From positions 420,001 to 452,000 of the forward strand of contig BX248583.1 of NCBI GenBank assembly GCA_000043285.1: a DNA stretch of 32,000 nt. The letters are read 5' to 3'. The notes under the pieces are model-generated. The model saw nothing but the letters and a program-made list of their open reading frames with translations. It made no database searches and was not told the origin of the DNA. Positions 1 through 11,104 of this stretch are shown here, piece by piece. A program made the translations under genes and the position numbers. Each line of letters begins with the position of its first letter. The stretch's first letter is position 1. Origin of the DNA: Candidatus Blochmanniella floridana (GTDB lineage: Bacteria > Pseudomonadota > Gammaproteobacteria > Enterobacterales > Enterobacteriaceae).

Positions 1-936
1 TACATCTATATCAATGGATTTTAACATAATTCCTTTAGAACATTCTATATAATTATCACCCCAAGTAATTATTGAACCCATACGTTCTAATATATTAGCA
101 AATTTAATATCCCCTTGTTTACTGTTTTTACCTACTCCTAATACTCGTATAGTTCCACCCTTGATTGCTGCTGCTGCCAAAAAATAAGAAGCACTCGAAG
201 CATCTCCTTCTATTACATATTCTTGAGGAGCTTTATATATTCTATTACCTTCACAATAAAAAAATTTATAATCCTTATCATGTTGTACACAAATTCCAAA
301 AGCTCGCATAACCGATAGAGTTATATCAATATACGGCTTAGATACCAAAGATCCTATAACTTCAATATATGTATTTTTCGATGCTAATGGAGTCATCATT
401 AATACAGCAGATAAAAATTGACTAGAAATATCACCCTTAATAACAATATTTCCTCCACAATATCCTCCATATAATTTTACTGGTAAATGATGATCCCGTT
501 CTATATATTCGATACGACCACCTCCTTGTCGTAAAGTATCAACTAAATGAAATATAGGCCTTTCTTTCATGCGCATATCCCCAGTTAATACAATATTATG
601 AGATTTTATAGATAAAGCAGCAATCAGAGGCCTAATGGCAGTACCAGCATTTCCCAAAAATAAAGTAGTTTGAGTATTTTTCGATTGCAAAGAACCTCCT
701 ACCCCTTTAATTTCACAAATTTTATGATCAGTAGATAATTTATATTTTACCCCAAGCTGTAACAAAGCAGCTAACATGTATCGTGTATCATCGCTATCAA
801 GTAAATTGATTAAACGAGTAGCGCCAACAGATTGAGCTGCTAATAATAATGCACGATTTGATATACTTTTTGATCCAGGAAGATATATAGTACCATTTAT
901 TTTTTTTATAGGATTTAACGTAATAAAATTTTCCAT
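1..936 (-). CDS. aroA: 3-phosphoshikimate 1-carboxyvinyltransferase (EPSP synthase), first 312 codons; the gene runs off the left edge
   Basis: Absent from the ORF track because it is open at the window edge. My minus-strand translation from the ATG at 936 gives [58 protein letters not shown]...[11 protein letters not shown]. This carries the AroA [16 protein letters not shown] and LGNAGTAxRPL signatures. It lies directly downstream of serC, as in the E. coli serC-aroA operon. Confidence 0.9.
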
Positions 937-1057
937 TCTTATTCTAACTCTATTAAAAATAAAAGATTAAACTTATCTACAACTAACTATACGATAAATT
1001 TTTTCAAAAATTCTATATAACCTTATATTAAATTTTAATTAAAAATCATCTTAAAAA

Positions 1058-2155
1058 TTAACCATATTTTTTAGAAAAAAAATTCATAAAATTAACTAAT
1101 TTTTGCACTCCTTCTAAAGTCATAGCATTATATAAAGATGCTCGCATTCCTCCAATAACTTTATGACCTTTTAGTCCATGTAACCCAAATGATGTGGATT
1201 CTGATAAGAATAAAGAATTTAATTTTTCTTTTTTTAGAAAAAAAGGAATATTCATACGCGACCTATTTAATGAATGAATATTATTATAATAAAAATCATT
1301 ACTATCAATAGCATGATATAATAGATTCGACTTTTTTTTATTATACTCAGCAATTTTATCTAATCCTCCTTGATCTTGTAACCACTTAAAAACTAAATTA
1401 GCAATATACCAAGATACAGTTACTGGAGTATTAAACATGGAATTACTATCAGCTAAAATTCGATAATTTAAAATTGCTGGTATCTTTTGAACAGTTGAAA
1501 TATTATTAATTAAACTCCGACGAATAATCAGTACCGTTAAACCTGATATACCCATATTTTTTTGTGCAGCAGCATAAATCATACCAAAATTATTAACATT
1601 TACTGGACGAGATAATAAAGTTGAAGAAAAATCAGCAATAACTATTTTTTTTTCAAAACAATCTGGTATATCATCTATAGATATACCTTCAACAGTTTCA
1701 TTTGGGCAATAATGTATATAAGTACTATTTTTAGATATATTCCATTCACTCATGGGTTTGATATAACGCAATTCATTTTTACTACTACTAATGTTAATTA
1801 TATTTGGATGACAATACTTTTTGGATTCTATTGCAGCAAGATAACCCCAATACCCTGTATTTATATAATCAATATTATCTGCACTGCCTCTTAAAAAATT
1901 CATAGGGATGGCCGAAAATTGTGCTCGAGCTCCTCCATGACAAAATAATATTTCATAACTATTTGGTATATTAAGTAGATTTCTTAAATTACGTTTTGTA
2001 TCATGAACTAATTCCATAAATTCTAAACTACGATGACTAATTTCCATTATAGAGATACCTAAATTATTCCAATCATACAATTCCTGTTGAATTTGATTTA
2101 AAACCTGTTTTGGAAGCATTGATGGACCGGCGCTAAAATTAAATATTTTTTTCAT
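1058..2155 (-). CDS. serC: phosphoserine aminotransferase
   Basis: 365-aa ORF. The N-terminus [19 protein letters not shown]...EISHRS matches the SerC family start (FNFSxGPAMLP). The PLP-lysine region [13 protein letters not shown] is present. Adjacent to aroA. Confidence 0.95.
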   Translation of the reverse strand: MKKIFNFSAGPSMLPKQVLNQIQQELYDWNNLGISIMEISHRSLEFMELVHDTKRNLRNLLNIPNSYEILFCHGGARAQFSAIPMNFLRGSADNIDYINTGYWGYLAAIESKKYCHPNIINISSSKNELRYIKPMSEWNISKNSTYIHYCPNETVEGISIDDIPDCFEKKIVIADFSSTLLSRPVNVNNFGMIYAAAQKNMGISGLTVLIIRRSLINNISTVQKIPAILNYRILADSNSMFNTPVTVSWYIANLVFKWLQDQGGLDKIAEYNKKKSNLLYHAIDSNDFYYNNIHSLNRSRMNIPFFLKKEKLNSLFLSESTSFGLHGLKGHKVIGGMRASLYNAMTLEGVQKLVNFMNFFSKKYG

Positions 2156-2338
2156 ATAGTTGGATCACAGTACAATATATTAAATATAATCAAAAATTAA
2201 CACTGAATTATTATTTTCACTTATAACATAACTCATACGCAATAATAATAAATTATTTTATATATTTATTATACTTATCTAAATAAATATATACAATTTA
2301 GTTATATTACATATATTATAACAAATAAAATAAAACTA

Positions 2339-3649
2339 TTACTTATTTTGATAATGAATATGAGTCATACCATTCATGTAAGGACTCAATACTTCAGGAA
2401 TTTTTATACATCCATTTTCTAACTGATAATTTTCTAAAATTGCTACCAAAGCTCTTCCTACAGCTACTCCAGATGCATTTAAAGTATGTAGTAATTTAGA
2501 TCTTTTATTAATACCATCTTTGAAACGAGCGTTTATACGTCGTGATTGAAAATCTCTAATATTTGAGCATGAAGAAATTTCACAATATTCATTTCTAGCC
2601 GGTAACCATACTTCTAAATCATATGTTTTACATGACGTAAAACTAATATTACCTGCACATAATAACATTTTTCGATATGGTAATTCAAGTAATTGTAATA
2701 TCTTCTCCGCATGATTAGTTATTTCTTCTAATGCCTGAACAGATTGATCTGGGTGAACTACTTGTACTAATTCCACCTTATCAAATTGATGAGTACGAAT
2801 AAGTCCATGTGCTCGATATCCATAAGTTCCAGCTTCTAATCTAAAACATGGAGTATGAGCAACCATTTTAATCGGCAATTCATTTTTATGCACAGTAACA
2901 CTACGCATAATATTTACTAACGGCACTTCTGCAGTAGGTATTAAAGTATACGTAGAACATTTCGATGAATTTACAGAAACAACAGACTGAGTATGAAATA
3001 AATCATCATAAAATTTAGGTAATTGTCCTGACCCATATAATGATTCTACATTTATTAAATAAGGCAAATAATACTCAATATACCCATGATTTTGAATATG
3101 TATATCTATCATAAATTGAGATAAAGCTCGATGTAAATACGCTATTTCTCCTTTCAATATTATAAAACGAGTCCCAGTTATTTTTGAAGCACTAGATAAA
3201 TCTATCCCTCCAATTAATTTCCCTAAAGTTATATGATCAAGTAACTTAAAATCATATTTATGCACTTTACCCCAACGCATAATTTCTATATTATCTTGAT
3301 CTTTAAATCCATTAGGAATCTCATCATCAGGAATATTAGGTATAGATAATTGATATTGTTTTATCTTACTTTTTAACGTTCTAATTTCAGACTTAATTAA
3401 TATTAATTTCTGATTTAATAAACGAGCCTGTTTTTGTAAAGATTGCAGATTTATTTGTTGTGATTTAGCGAGAATTATAGTCTTAGATAAATTTTTTCTA
3501 TCAATTTGTAACTTTTCAATTTTTTTTTGTAAAATTTTTCGTAAATCATTATATTGATTCAATTCATCAAAATTAAGTACAAAATTCTTACGAGCTAATT
3601 TTTTAGCCACCCATTCAAAATGATTAAATAATAAATTAGTATCTAACAT
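2339..3649 (-). CDS. serS: seryl-tRNA synthetase
   Basis: The track ORF is 2339..3679, but homology to E. coli SerS (MLDPNLLRN...) begins at the internal Met (MLDTNLLFNHFEWVAKKLARKNF). I therefore place the start at 3649. It has a coiled-coil N-terminal arm followed by a class II core (TPCFRLEAGTYG, LNASGVAVGRALVAILENYQ). Confidence 0.93.
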   Translation of the reverse strand: MLDTNLLFNHFEWVAKKLARKNFVLNFDELNQYNDLRKILQKKIEKLQIDRKNLSKTIILAKSQQINLQSLQKQARLLNQKLILIKSEIRTLKSKIKQYQLSIPNIPDDEIPNGFKDQDNIEIMRWGKVHKYDFKLLDHITLGKLIGGIDLSSASKITGTRFIILKGEIAYLHRALSQFMIDIHIQNHGYIEYYLPYLINVESLYGSGQLPKFYDDLFHTQSVVSVNSSKCSTYTLIPTAEVPLVNIMRSVTVHKNELPIKMVAHTPCFRLEAGTYGYRAHGLIRTHQFDKVELVQVVHPDQSVQALEEITNHAEKILQLLELPYRKMLLCAGNISFTSCKTYDLEVWLPARNEYCEISSCSNIRDFQSRRINARFKDGINKRSKLLHTLNASGVAVGRALVAILENYQLENGCIKIPEVLSPYMNGMTHIHYQNK

Positions 3650-3766
3650 AAATATCAATTTTACTATTACATGATGCATATTATTAATATGTTAACATTA
3701 ACAATAATCTAATTTTTCTAAAATTAACATGCATTTAATTCAAGTATTTAATAATCTCCAAATATT

Positions 3767-3804
3767 ATACCGTTATACAATAAATGTATAACGGTATTTT
3801 TCTC
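3767..3804 (+). terminator. Intrinsic-terminator-like hairpin: 13-bp stem with 4 G:C pairs, 5-nt loop, then a T-run, oriented for the + strand
   Basis: The left arm 3767-3779 (ataccgttataca) pairs perfectly with 3785-3797 (tgtataacggtat). The loop is ataaa, and the stem is followed by tttt ctc. It lies in the 500-bp spacer where rarA sits in E. coli. No + strand gene lies upstream. Confidence 0.3.
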
Positions 3805-4151
3805 AAAACTCATTATATATTAAATAAATATTACCTAAAATTTTTCCTATTATACACTATAAAATACCTAATCAATAACAGTTAATTATCAAACTGATAA
3901 ATATATCGTATATTTAATCATTATTACCTTAATTACATTATTACTTATTATTAAAAATATAATCAATCTAACACATTATATAATAATGCAATCTTTTTAA
4001 TAATCAATTTATTCATATAAATTACTATAATGAAAATTAATTTATACTTATGTTATAATAATCGTTTAACCAGTTAATATTAAATTATTAACAATCATTT
4101 ATATGATGAAGTAAATATACAAACAATGATATATTAATTTTACCAAAATTC

Positions 4152-4784
4152 TTAGAATTTCATTCTCTGATCATCTAACTGAATATCATCAGAAAGAGTA
4201 AAACAAAATTTATCTTGATTAATTAAATTTACACATTGATTAGATAAATAATAATCAATGTGTTGCTTATTTTCTTGTATTATACTAAACTGATCAATAA
4301 TACCGCGGTCAGTAATTTTAATTTTAAATTGTTTTATATGCTTACCATCATCATACGAAGATTTAAAATAGAACCAATCCTTTTTCTGAGTAATTGTATA
4401 ATCCTGCCATATATTAGTATTACTCATAAATAATAATTGTAAAAAAACATTGTTAGAAATAATATTTTCCAAACAATATGCTGTAACTTGTTTAATCGTA
4501 GGAACATAAAACCAAAGCGTCTTTCCATCAGAAATTAAAAAGCTTTCTTGAGATCCCATAACATGACAATAAAATAAGTTAGGCCTTTTTATCCACAATT
4601 CTCCTCGTATTAATTCTATTTCTTTCATATTACAGAAATTAATTTTTTGTACAAAATGCACATACAAATTATTTATTAAATTTAAACGATTTTTTAACAC
4701 ACAATATGGTTCCAATGAATGAACAACACATATAGAACTTGATAAAAAAACAATTAAACAAAAAAAATATATAAATAATTTCAC
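4152..4784 (-). CDS. lolA: periplasmic outer-membrane lipoprotein carrier LolA
   Basis: 210 aa with a signal peptide. [42 protein letters not shown] aligns with E. coli Lol[43 protein letters not shown]. The C-terminal DDQR motif is present. It lies downstream of ftsK as in E. coli. Confidence 0.93.
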
Positions 4785-4880
4785 TTAATTAAATCAAATA
4801 ATCTTACATCAACATAATTAATGTAATACATATAATAAACATTTTAAAAAAAAATCTCAATATAATATATACATTAAAAA

Positions 4881-7235
4881 TTAATTTTTTTGAGTCCTCC
4901 AATATTTTACTACCTTTTGGATCTCTTGATCTTGCACATACGCTCCATGTATCCTAACTAATATCGAAGAATTAGAAGGTAAATACAACATATCACCTTT
5001 TCCTAATAAAGATTCAGCTCCAGATTGCCCTAAAATAGTACGAGAATCTATTTTACTAGATACAGTAAATGCTATTCGAGCCGGAATATTTGCTTTAATT
5101 AACCCAGTTATCACGTCTACTGACGGCCTTTGCGTAGATAATATCAAATGAATTCCAGCAGCCCTAGCCTTTTGCGTTAACCGAGTAATTAATATTTCTA
5201 CTTTTTTATCTGACATAATCATCAAATCAGATAATTCATCTATAATAACTATTATATAAGGCAATTTTTTATGTGTTAAAGATGAATATTTATTTTTATT
5301 ACTAGTATGTGGTTTTAACATCATATACTGTTCTATTTCACTATTATAACTTTCTAAATTACGAACCCCTAGTACAGACATTAATTTGTAACGACGTTCC
5401 ATTTCTTCCACACACCATTTCAATGTAGATTCAGCATCTTGAGTATTAGTAATAACCTCATGAAAAAGATGAGGAATATCCGCATATATTGATAATTCTA
5501 ATATCTTAGGATCAATCATAATAAAACGTACATCTTCTGGAGTAGCCTTATATAAAATACTTATAATCATTGCATTAATTCCAATAGATTTACCCGATCC
5601 TGTAGTTCCTGCAACTAACAAGTGCGGCATATACCGTAAATCTTCAATAACAGGAGCACCAAAAATATCCTTTCCTAATCCCATAGCTAAAGGAGATTTT
5701 ATATCTTGAAATTTACTAGAATGAATAATATCTTTTAAATATACTGTATGACGTTCTTTATTAGGAATTTCTAAACCAACATATGAAGTCCCAGGAATAA
5801 CTTCTACCACCCGAACAGAATGTACAGATAAAGATCGTGCTAAATCCCGAGATATACCAGAAACTTTAGATGCTTTTATTCCTGCTGATAAATTTAACGC
5901 AAAACAAGTGATTACCGGACCAGGAATAATTTTTATTACGTTCGCTGAAATACGATATTCTAAAAGTTTTTGTTCTATTAATTGAGAAATCGTTTCAAAT
6001 TCCGAATAATCTACTGTATTATTTTTAGGATTTGATATTAACAAGTTAATATCAGGCAATATCGAATTAACACGTTTCTGAAGATTATGCGTAATAAAAC
6101 CAGTATTAAATCCCTTAGAACTTGATACAACTAAATTTTTATTTATAGGAACAACTTTTGATTTTATCTGATTAGATAAATTATAAACACCAACATGTGT
6201 TGAACACATATTATGAGTTATCATAGTATTATTATTTTTACGTAAATTGTTTTTTAAAACAGTAGAAACAATAGGGGAATCATTACCTGTTATTTTTATA
6301 TTCTTATTCAATTTTTTAATATCATTATTATTTTGACAATCATGTTTATTCAATAATTTTATAGAATTAAAATCATATTTTTTACATTGTATATTTAATT
6401 TTGAACAATTTTTCCAATGTTCAACAATATACCTATGTTGATTAACCATAGTATACTTTTTAAAAATAAATTTTACCGTATCTGAATGATTCAAAGTTTG
6501 AGGATAAAATATATTTTTAGAATTAGCAATATACTTTGTATATGTATATAACACTTTATTCATCGCATATACATTACCATAATAATCCTGTAAACGTGTA
6601 GGTTTTGTTTGTGTAAAAAAAACTGATGGACATATTTTGGAATTAAAGCATGCTTGTTGAATATGATGATTACGCCAATTTATAATTTTTAAAATCATAA
6701 ATAAACCAGTACGTATACCATACATTATATATATTATTATTTTGTTAATTAATTTCCAAAAATAATTAAAAAAATATATACCACATATAATTCCAACAAA
6801 TAATATACCCAAATTCCATTCCACATACTGATTTATATTAATTACATTAAATAATATACTTCCTATAATACCTCCGCTAGGAAAATAAAAACTATCATCT
6901 ATCATACATTGTGCTAATACACAACATATGATTAAAAATACTAATATTTTGAATAATCTAAAAACAACAACATTTATAGCAAAATGAGTAGTGATAAAAA
7001 AAAATTCCCAAAAATAAAATAAAATTAATAATGGAATTAAATATGCTACACCACCAAAAACAAAAAACAAAAAATCAGCAATTCTAGCTCCTATCAATCC
7101 TCCTATATTACAAACTGATTCATTCCATACGGATTGCATCCATCCAGGATCTGAATAATCAAAACTAAATAATATTATTACTAAATATAATAATAGTGAA
7201 ATCACAAATAATCCTGTAAATATTAATTTAATCAT
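4881..7235 (-). CDS. ftsK: DNA translocase FtsK (N-terminal membrane domain, N/K-rich linker, alpha-beta motor); no gamma domain
   Basis: 784 aa with a hydrophobic multi-TM N-terminus. Walker A is VAGTTGSGKSIGINAMI and Walker B is IVIIDELSDLMM. The motor end GKGDMLYLP...VRIHGAYVQDQEIQKVVKYWRTQKN aligns with E. coli ...[26 protein letters not shown], and then the ORF stops. Confidence 0.93.
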   Translation of the reverse strand: MIKLIFTGLFVISLLLYLVIILFSFDYSDPGWMQSVWNESVCNIGGLIGARIADFLFFVFGGVAYLIPLLILFYFWEFFFITTHFAINVVVFRLFKILVFLIICCVLAQCMIDDSFYFPSGGIIGSILFNVININQYVEWNLGILFVGIICGIYFFNYFWKLINKIIIYIMYGIRTGLFMILKIINWRNHHIQQACFNSKICPSVFFTQTKPTRLQDYYGNVYAMNKVLYTYTKYIANSKNIFYPQTLNHSDTVKFIFKKYTMVNQHRYIVEHWKNCSKLNIQCKKYDFNSIKLLNKHDCQNNNDIKKLNKNIKITGNDSPIVSTVLKNNLRKNNNTMITHNMCSTHVGVYNLSNQIKSKVVPINKNLVVSSSKGFNTGFITHNLQKRVNSILPDINLLISNPKNNTVDYSEFETISQLIEQKLLEYRISANVIKIIPGPVITCFALNLSAGIKASKVSGISRDLARSLSVHSVRVVEVIPGTSYVGLEIPNKERHTVYLKDIIHSSKFQDIKSPLAMGLGKDIFGAPVIEDLRYMPHLLVAGTTGSGKSIGINAMIISILYKATPEDVRFIMIDPKILELSIYADIPHLFHEVITNTQDAESTLKWCVEEMERRYKLMSVLGVRNLESYNSEIEQYMMLKPHTSNKNKYSSLTHKKLPYIIVIIDELSDLMIMSDKKVEILITRLTQKARAAGIHLILSTQRPSVDVITGLIKANIPARIAFTVSSKIDSRTILGQSGAESLLGKGDMLYLPSNSSILVRIHGAYVQDQEIQKVVKYWRTQKN

Positions 7236-7502
7236 TAAAATTATCTCTTGATATTTCCATGATAAATTCTAAATCATTGATTTTTATCATACTTATTTTA
7301 ATAAATTATATACATTACAGTAAAAATTAATATAATGATATTGTTATACTGCCAATATATATATATTGTTAATACATAATAATAAAATAATTATTAAATG
7401 AATTTAATAATTATTAATGAACATATAACAAACAATCAATAATTGATATATTAAATATACAATTTAATATATAAAAACAAACACTATCTTAATATTTAAT
7501 AA

Positions 7503-8525
<1,023 letters not shown>

Positions 8526-8648
8526 TTTTCATCTCGCATTATTAATATAATATGTAAAATATCGAAATATGTGGAATATTTTACATTATCAATGTATATA
8601 ATATATATCATAACAAATTTAATATTTCATTATTTAAACGAGATTCAA

Positions 8649-8867
8649 ATGATAAAAGAAGATAATATTGAAATGCATGGTATAGTGTTAGATACATTAC
8701 CTAATACTATGTTTCGAGTACAACTAGAAAACGGCCACAAAATTACGGCACATATCTCTGGAAAAATCAGAAAAAATTACATTAGGATATTAACTGGAGA
8801 TAAAGTCACGGTGGAATTAACACCATATGATTTAAGTAAAGGTAGAATTATTTTTAGAAGTAGATGA
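8649..8867 (+). CDS. infA: translation initiation factor IF-1
   Basis: The track ORF 8571..8867 has an unsupported 26-codon N-terminal extension. From the ATG at 8649 the 72-aa product is [30 protein letters not shown]...[29 protein letters not shown], nearly identical to E. coli IF1. Confidence 0.96.
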   Translation: MIKEDNIEMHGIVLDTLPNTMFRVQLENGHKITAHISGKIRKNYIRILTGDKVTVELTPYDLSKGRIIFRSR

Positions 8868-8900
8868 TAATATTAATAATAAATATTTGAAAATTATTTT

Positions 8901-8943
8901 AAAAACATAATATATATGAATCATAAGTATATATTATGTTTTT
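8901..8943. terminator. Bidirectional intrinsic terminator shared by convergent infA and the TonB-dependent receptor gene
   Basis: The structure is aaaaa-CATAATATATA-[tgaatcataag]-TATATATTATG-ttttt. The 11-bp core stem is flanked by A5 and T5, so a U-tract follows the hairpin on both strands. The whole inverted repeat extends to 21 bp (8896-8916 / 8928-8948) and overlaps the receptor stop codon (8942-8944). Confidence 0.5.
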
Positions 8944-11104
8944 AAAATGCCACTTCCACATTCATCCACCAAGTTCGTCCTGGTTCATAAACAGATAATT
9001 TATTAGAATTCTTAGAGATACTATAATGATTACTTACATTTATATATTCTTTATAATTTTGATTAAACAAATTATCTACCCCAATATTACATGTGTAATA
9101 TTGGGAAGCTTTCCAAGACATATACATAGATATCACTTCAAAACTCGGAGTATAGCAAGAAGTATTAAGACATTTTTTTGGCAACATAGTATTTGGTAAA
9201 ATTAAAGAAGAGATCCCCATTATACGCTGAGATGAAGATACCAATCTCCATGAAGCTCCTACTATATATTTCTTTTGTTTAAACTGTAATGTTAATCTAC
9301 CTTCTAATGGAGAAATTGTTGGTAATACACATCTATCATTCATATTCCACCCCCATGGATATGATATGTTACTTTCCCCATACCAATAATCATTAAATTG
9401 ATAACTTAATCCCATTTCAGTTCCATATATTTTAACATAGACATTATGTATATAATCAATACTATTCTTACTTCGTACTTCATTTTTATTATCATTATGA
9501 TGACAATAAATAAAATCTTTTATATATCCTGCATAAGATGATATCCATCCAGTAACTCGAGATTTTTTAAAATATGTACCTACATCTATTTGAATTGTCT
9601 TCTCAGGTTTTAATTTAAAAATTGAATCTGTCTGTTTTGAACATTCATTTGATTCAAAAGACATTAATTCCCAATAATCAGGAAAACGACAACACATACC
9701 TATTCCACAATAATACAAACATGAAGAAGATATATTATTCTCATAGCGTATAAATCCAGCAGGATATAATAAATTATTTTTATATCTTTTCATACCATAA
9801 TTATTGAAAAAATCAATCATACTATACTCTAATCTAATACCCCCAATAATTTTTTTATTCAATAAGGCATCAAAAATTAATTCGGTGAATATTCCAGAAT
9901 CTGTAGAAAAAACATCAACATAAAAAGCATTAGACATACAATCTTTTTGTTTTTTATGTTGATTCAACTGTATATCTATACCACTAAAACATTTAAAATC
10001 TTTCCATTGATAAGTTATCATTCCTCTAGATCCCCATAAAACACGATCAACATTGTTTATATTACTAACAACACTACAACAATGTTTATTATAAGTCGAT
10101 GTTACTGATGTCATAGAAACGGGTATAGTATTATTCATCATAATATGATGAATATGATGATTCCAAATCTGAAATTCTATTTCACTTATAATATCATCAA
10201 TATCTGAAGTGATTATTTTTAATCCATAACTTTCTCTAGAAAAACATAACCCATCCATTGCCTTAGTCGCATAGTTTGCTCTACCATTTCCTTGCCCTAA
10301 ATTAACTATTAGATATGTATTTGATTTTAAATTAAATGATAAATTTGAATCGAAGTTCCACTTATACCATGCTGAATGTACCCTATGATTATTAGCATCT
10401 CGATAATCTCCAGAATAATCACAATTCCCTATTAATCGAATATAACCATATTTATTACCAAATATAGTATCTATGTTTCTTTTTATACTATTAAATGACC
10501 CAATTGTAAAATTACTACGCATTTTAACATCTGATAAATCAAAACGAGGATGATATCTCTGGAACTGTATAGTACCACCTGAAGTTACTGGGCCCCACAA
10601 CACTGTCTGAGGACCTTTAACAAAATTTAAAATATCAAAATTTCCTGGAGCAATATAAGATGTAGCAGGATCCATTCGAAATAAACAAGCTCCAATAATT
10701 TCTCCTGTATCAACCAGAATATGCATCTTAGATCCAGGTATACCTCGAAATACAAAATCATTATTTGCTCCTCCATAGCGAATAACAGAAAAACCAGAAA
10801 TATTTTTTAATAAATCTGCAGCATCAATGATATATTTAGTATTCAAAGAATCTATAGAAGTAGATGTAGAAACTAAAGAGTTATTTATATCTGCAGTAAC
10901 AGTAATGATCTCACAATTGGTACTATCTGCAACAATATCAGAAGATATTTCTTGATAATCAGATTTTAACGATGATACCCCCGTAGGCTGAAGAACATGA
11001 AAAACACTCTTATTATTAGAGTAAGCCCAATTAACCATATATAAAACATGCATAATCAGCACTAATCGCAAGAACCAACAAATTTTTTTAAAAAAATGAA
11101 TCAT
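8942..11104 (-). CDS. TonB-dependent outer-membrane transporter, OprC/NosA (copper)-like
   Basis: The track ORF 8942..11143 begins at a TTG. The first ATG (11104) gives MIHFFKKICWFLRLVLIMHVLYMVNWA/YS, a plausible signal peptide, with GGGA upstream. A TonB-box-like EIITVTA is present. The plug region reads FVFRGIPGSKMHILVDTGEIIGACLFRMDPATSYIAPGNFDILNFVKGPQTVLWGPVTSGGTIQF. A barrel FR(F)PDYWEL motif is present, and the C-terminal WWMNVEVAF ends in the aromatic residue typical of TonB-dependent barrels. A 2.2-kb uninterrupted ORF in DNA this AT-rich argues for purifying selection. Confidence 0.8.
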   Translation of the reverse strand: MIHFFKKICWFLRLVLIMHVLYMVNWAYSNNKSVFHVLQPTGVSSLKSDYQEISSDIVADSTNCEIITVTADINNSLVSTSTSIDSLNTKYIIDAADLLKNISGFSVIRYGGANNDFVFRGIPGSKMHILVDTGEIIGACLFRMDPATSYIAPGNFDILNFVKGPQTVLWGPVTSGGTIQFQRYHPRFDLSDVKMRSNFTIGSFNSIKRNIDTIFGNKYGYIRLIGNCDYSGDYRDANNHRVHSAWYKWNFDSNLSFNLKSNTYLIVNLGQGNGRANYATKAMDGLCFSRESYGLKIITSDIDDIISEIEFQIWNHHIHHIMMNNTIPVSMTSVTSTYNKHCCSVVSNINNVDRVLWGSRGMITYQWKDFKCFSGIDIQLNQHKKQKDCMSNAFYVDVFSTDSGIFTELIFDALLNKKIIGGIRLEYSMIDFFNNYGMKRYKNNLLYPAGFIRYENNISSSCLYYCGIGMCCRFPDYWELMSFESNECSKQTDSIFKLKPEKTIQIDVGTYFKKSRVTGWISSYAGYIKDFIYCHHNDNKNEVRSKNSIDYIHNVYVKIYGTEMGLSYQFNDYWYGESNISYPWGWNMNDRCVLPTISPLEGRLTLQFKQKKYIVGASWRLVSSSQRIMGISSLILPNTMLPKKCLNTSCYTPSFEVISMYMSWKASQYYTCNIGVDNLFNQNYKEYINVSNHYSISKNSNKLSVYEPGRTWWMNVEVAF

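Noticed and set aside
1712-1894. 60-aa plus-strand ORF in the track
   Set aside because: It lies entirely antisense within serC, has no recognisable motif, and has the hydrophobic/Ile-Phe-Tyr-rich composition expected from reading AT-rich coding DNA backwards.
3650-3679. N-terminal extensions of track ORFs: serS 3650-3679, infA 8571-8648, receptor 11105-11143, emtA 13118-13207 and rpmF 28901-28915
   Set aside because: In every case homology to the E. coli protein begins at an internal ATG. The extension starts at a non-ATG codon or adds non-homologous residues, so I trimmed the starts accordingly.
4589-4597. Perfect DnaA box TTATCCACA
   Set aside because: It is a single isolated copy inside the lolA coding sequence. 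There is no cluster, no adjacent AT-rich unwinding element context and no origin-linked genes, so it is most likely chance.
8917-8943. dif-like core CATAA-N7-TTATGTT inside the infA/receptor terminator loop
   Set aside because: Only the inner 5 and 7 nt of the XerC and XerD arms of the E. coli dif site match, the central region is 7 nt rather than 6, and the outer arms do not match. It is better explained as part of the terminator palindrome.
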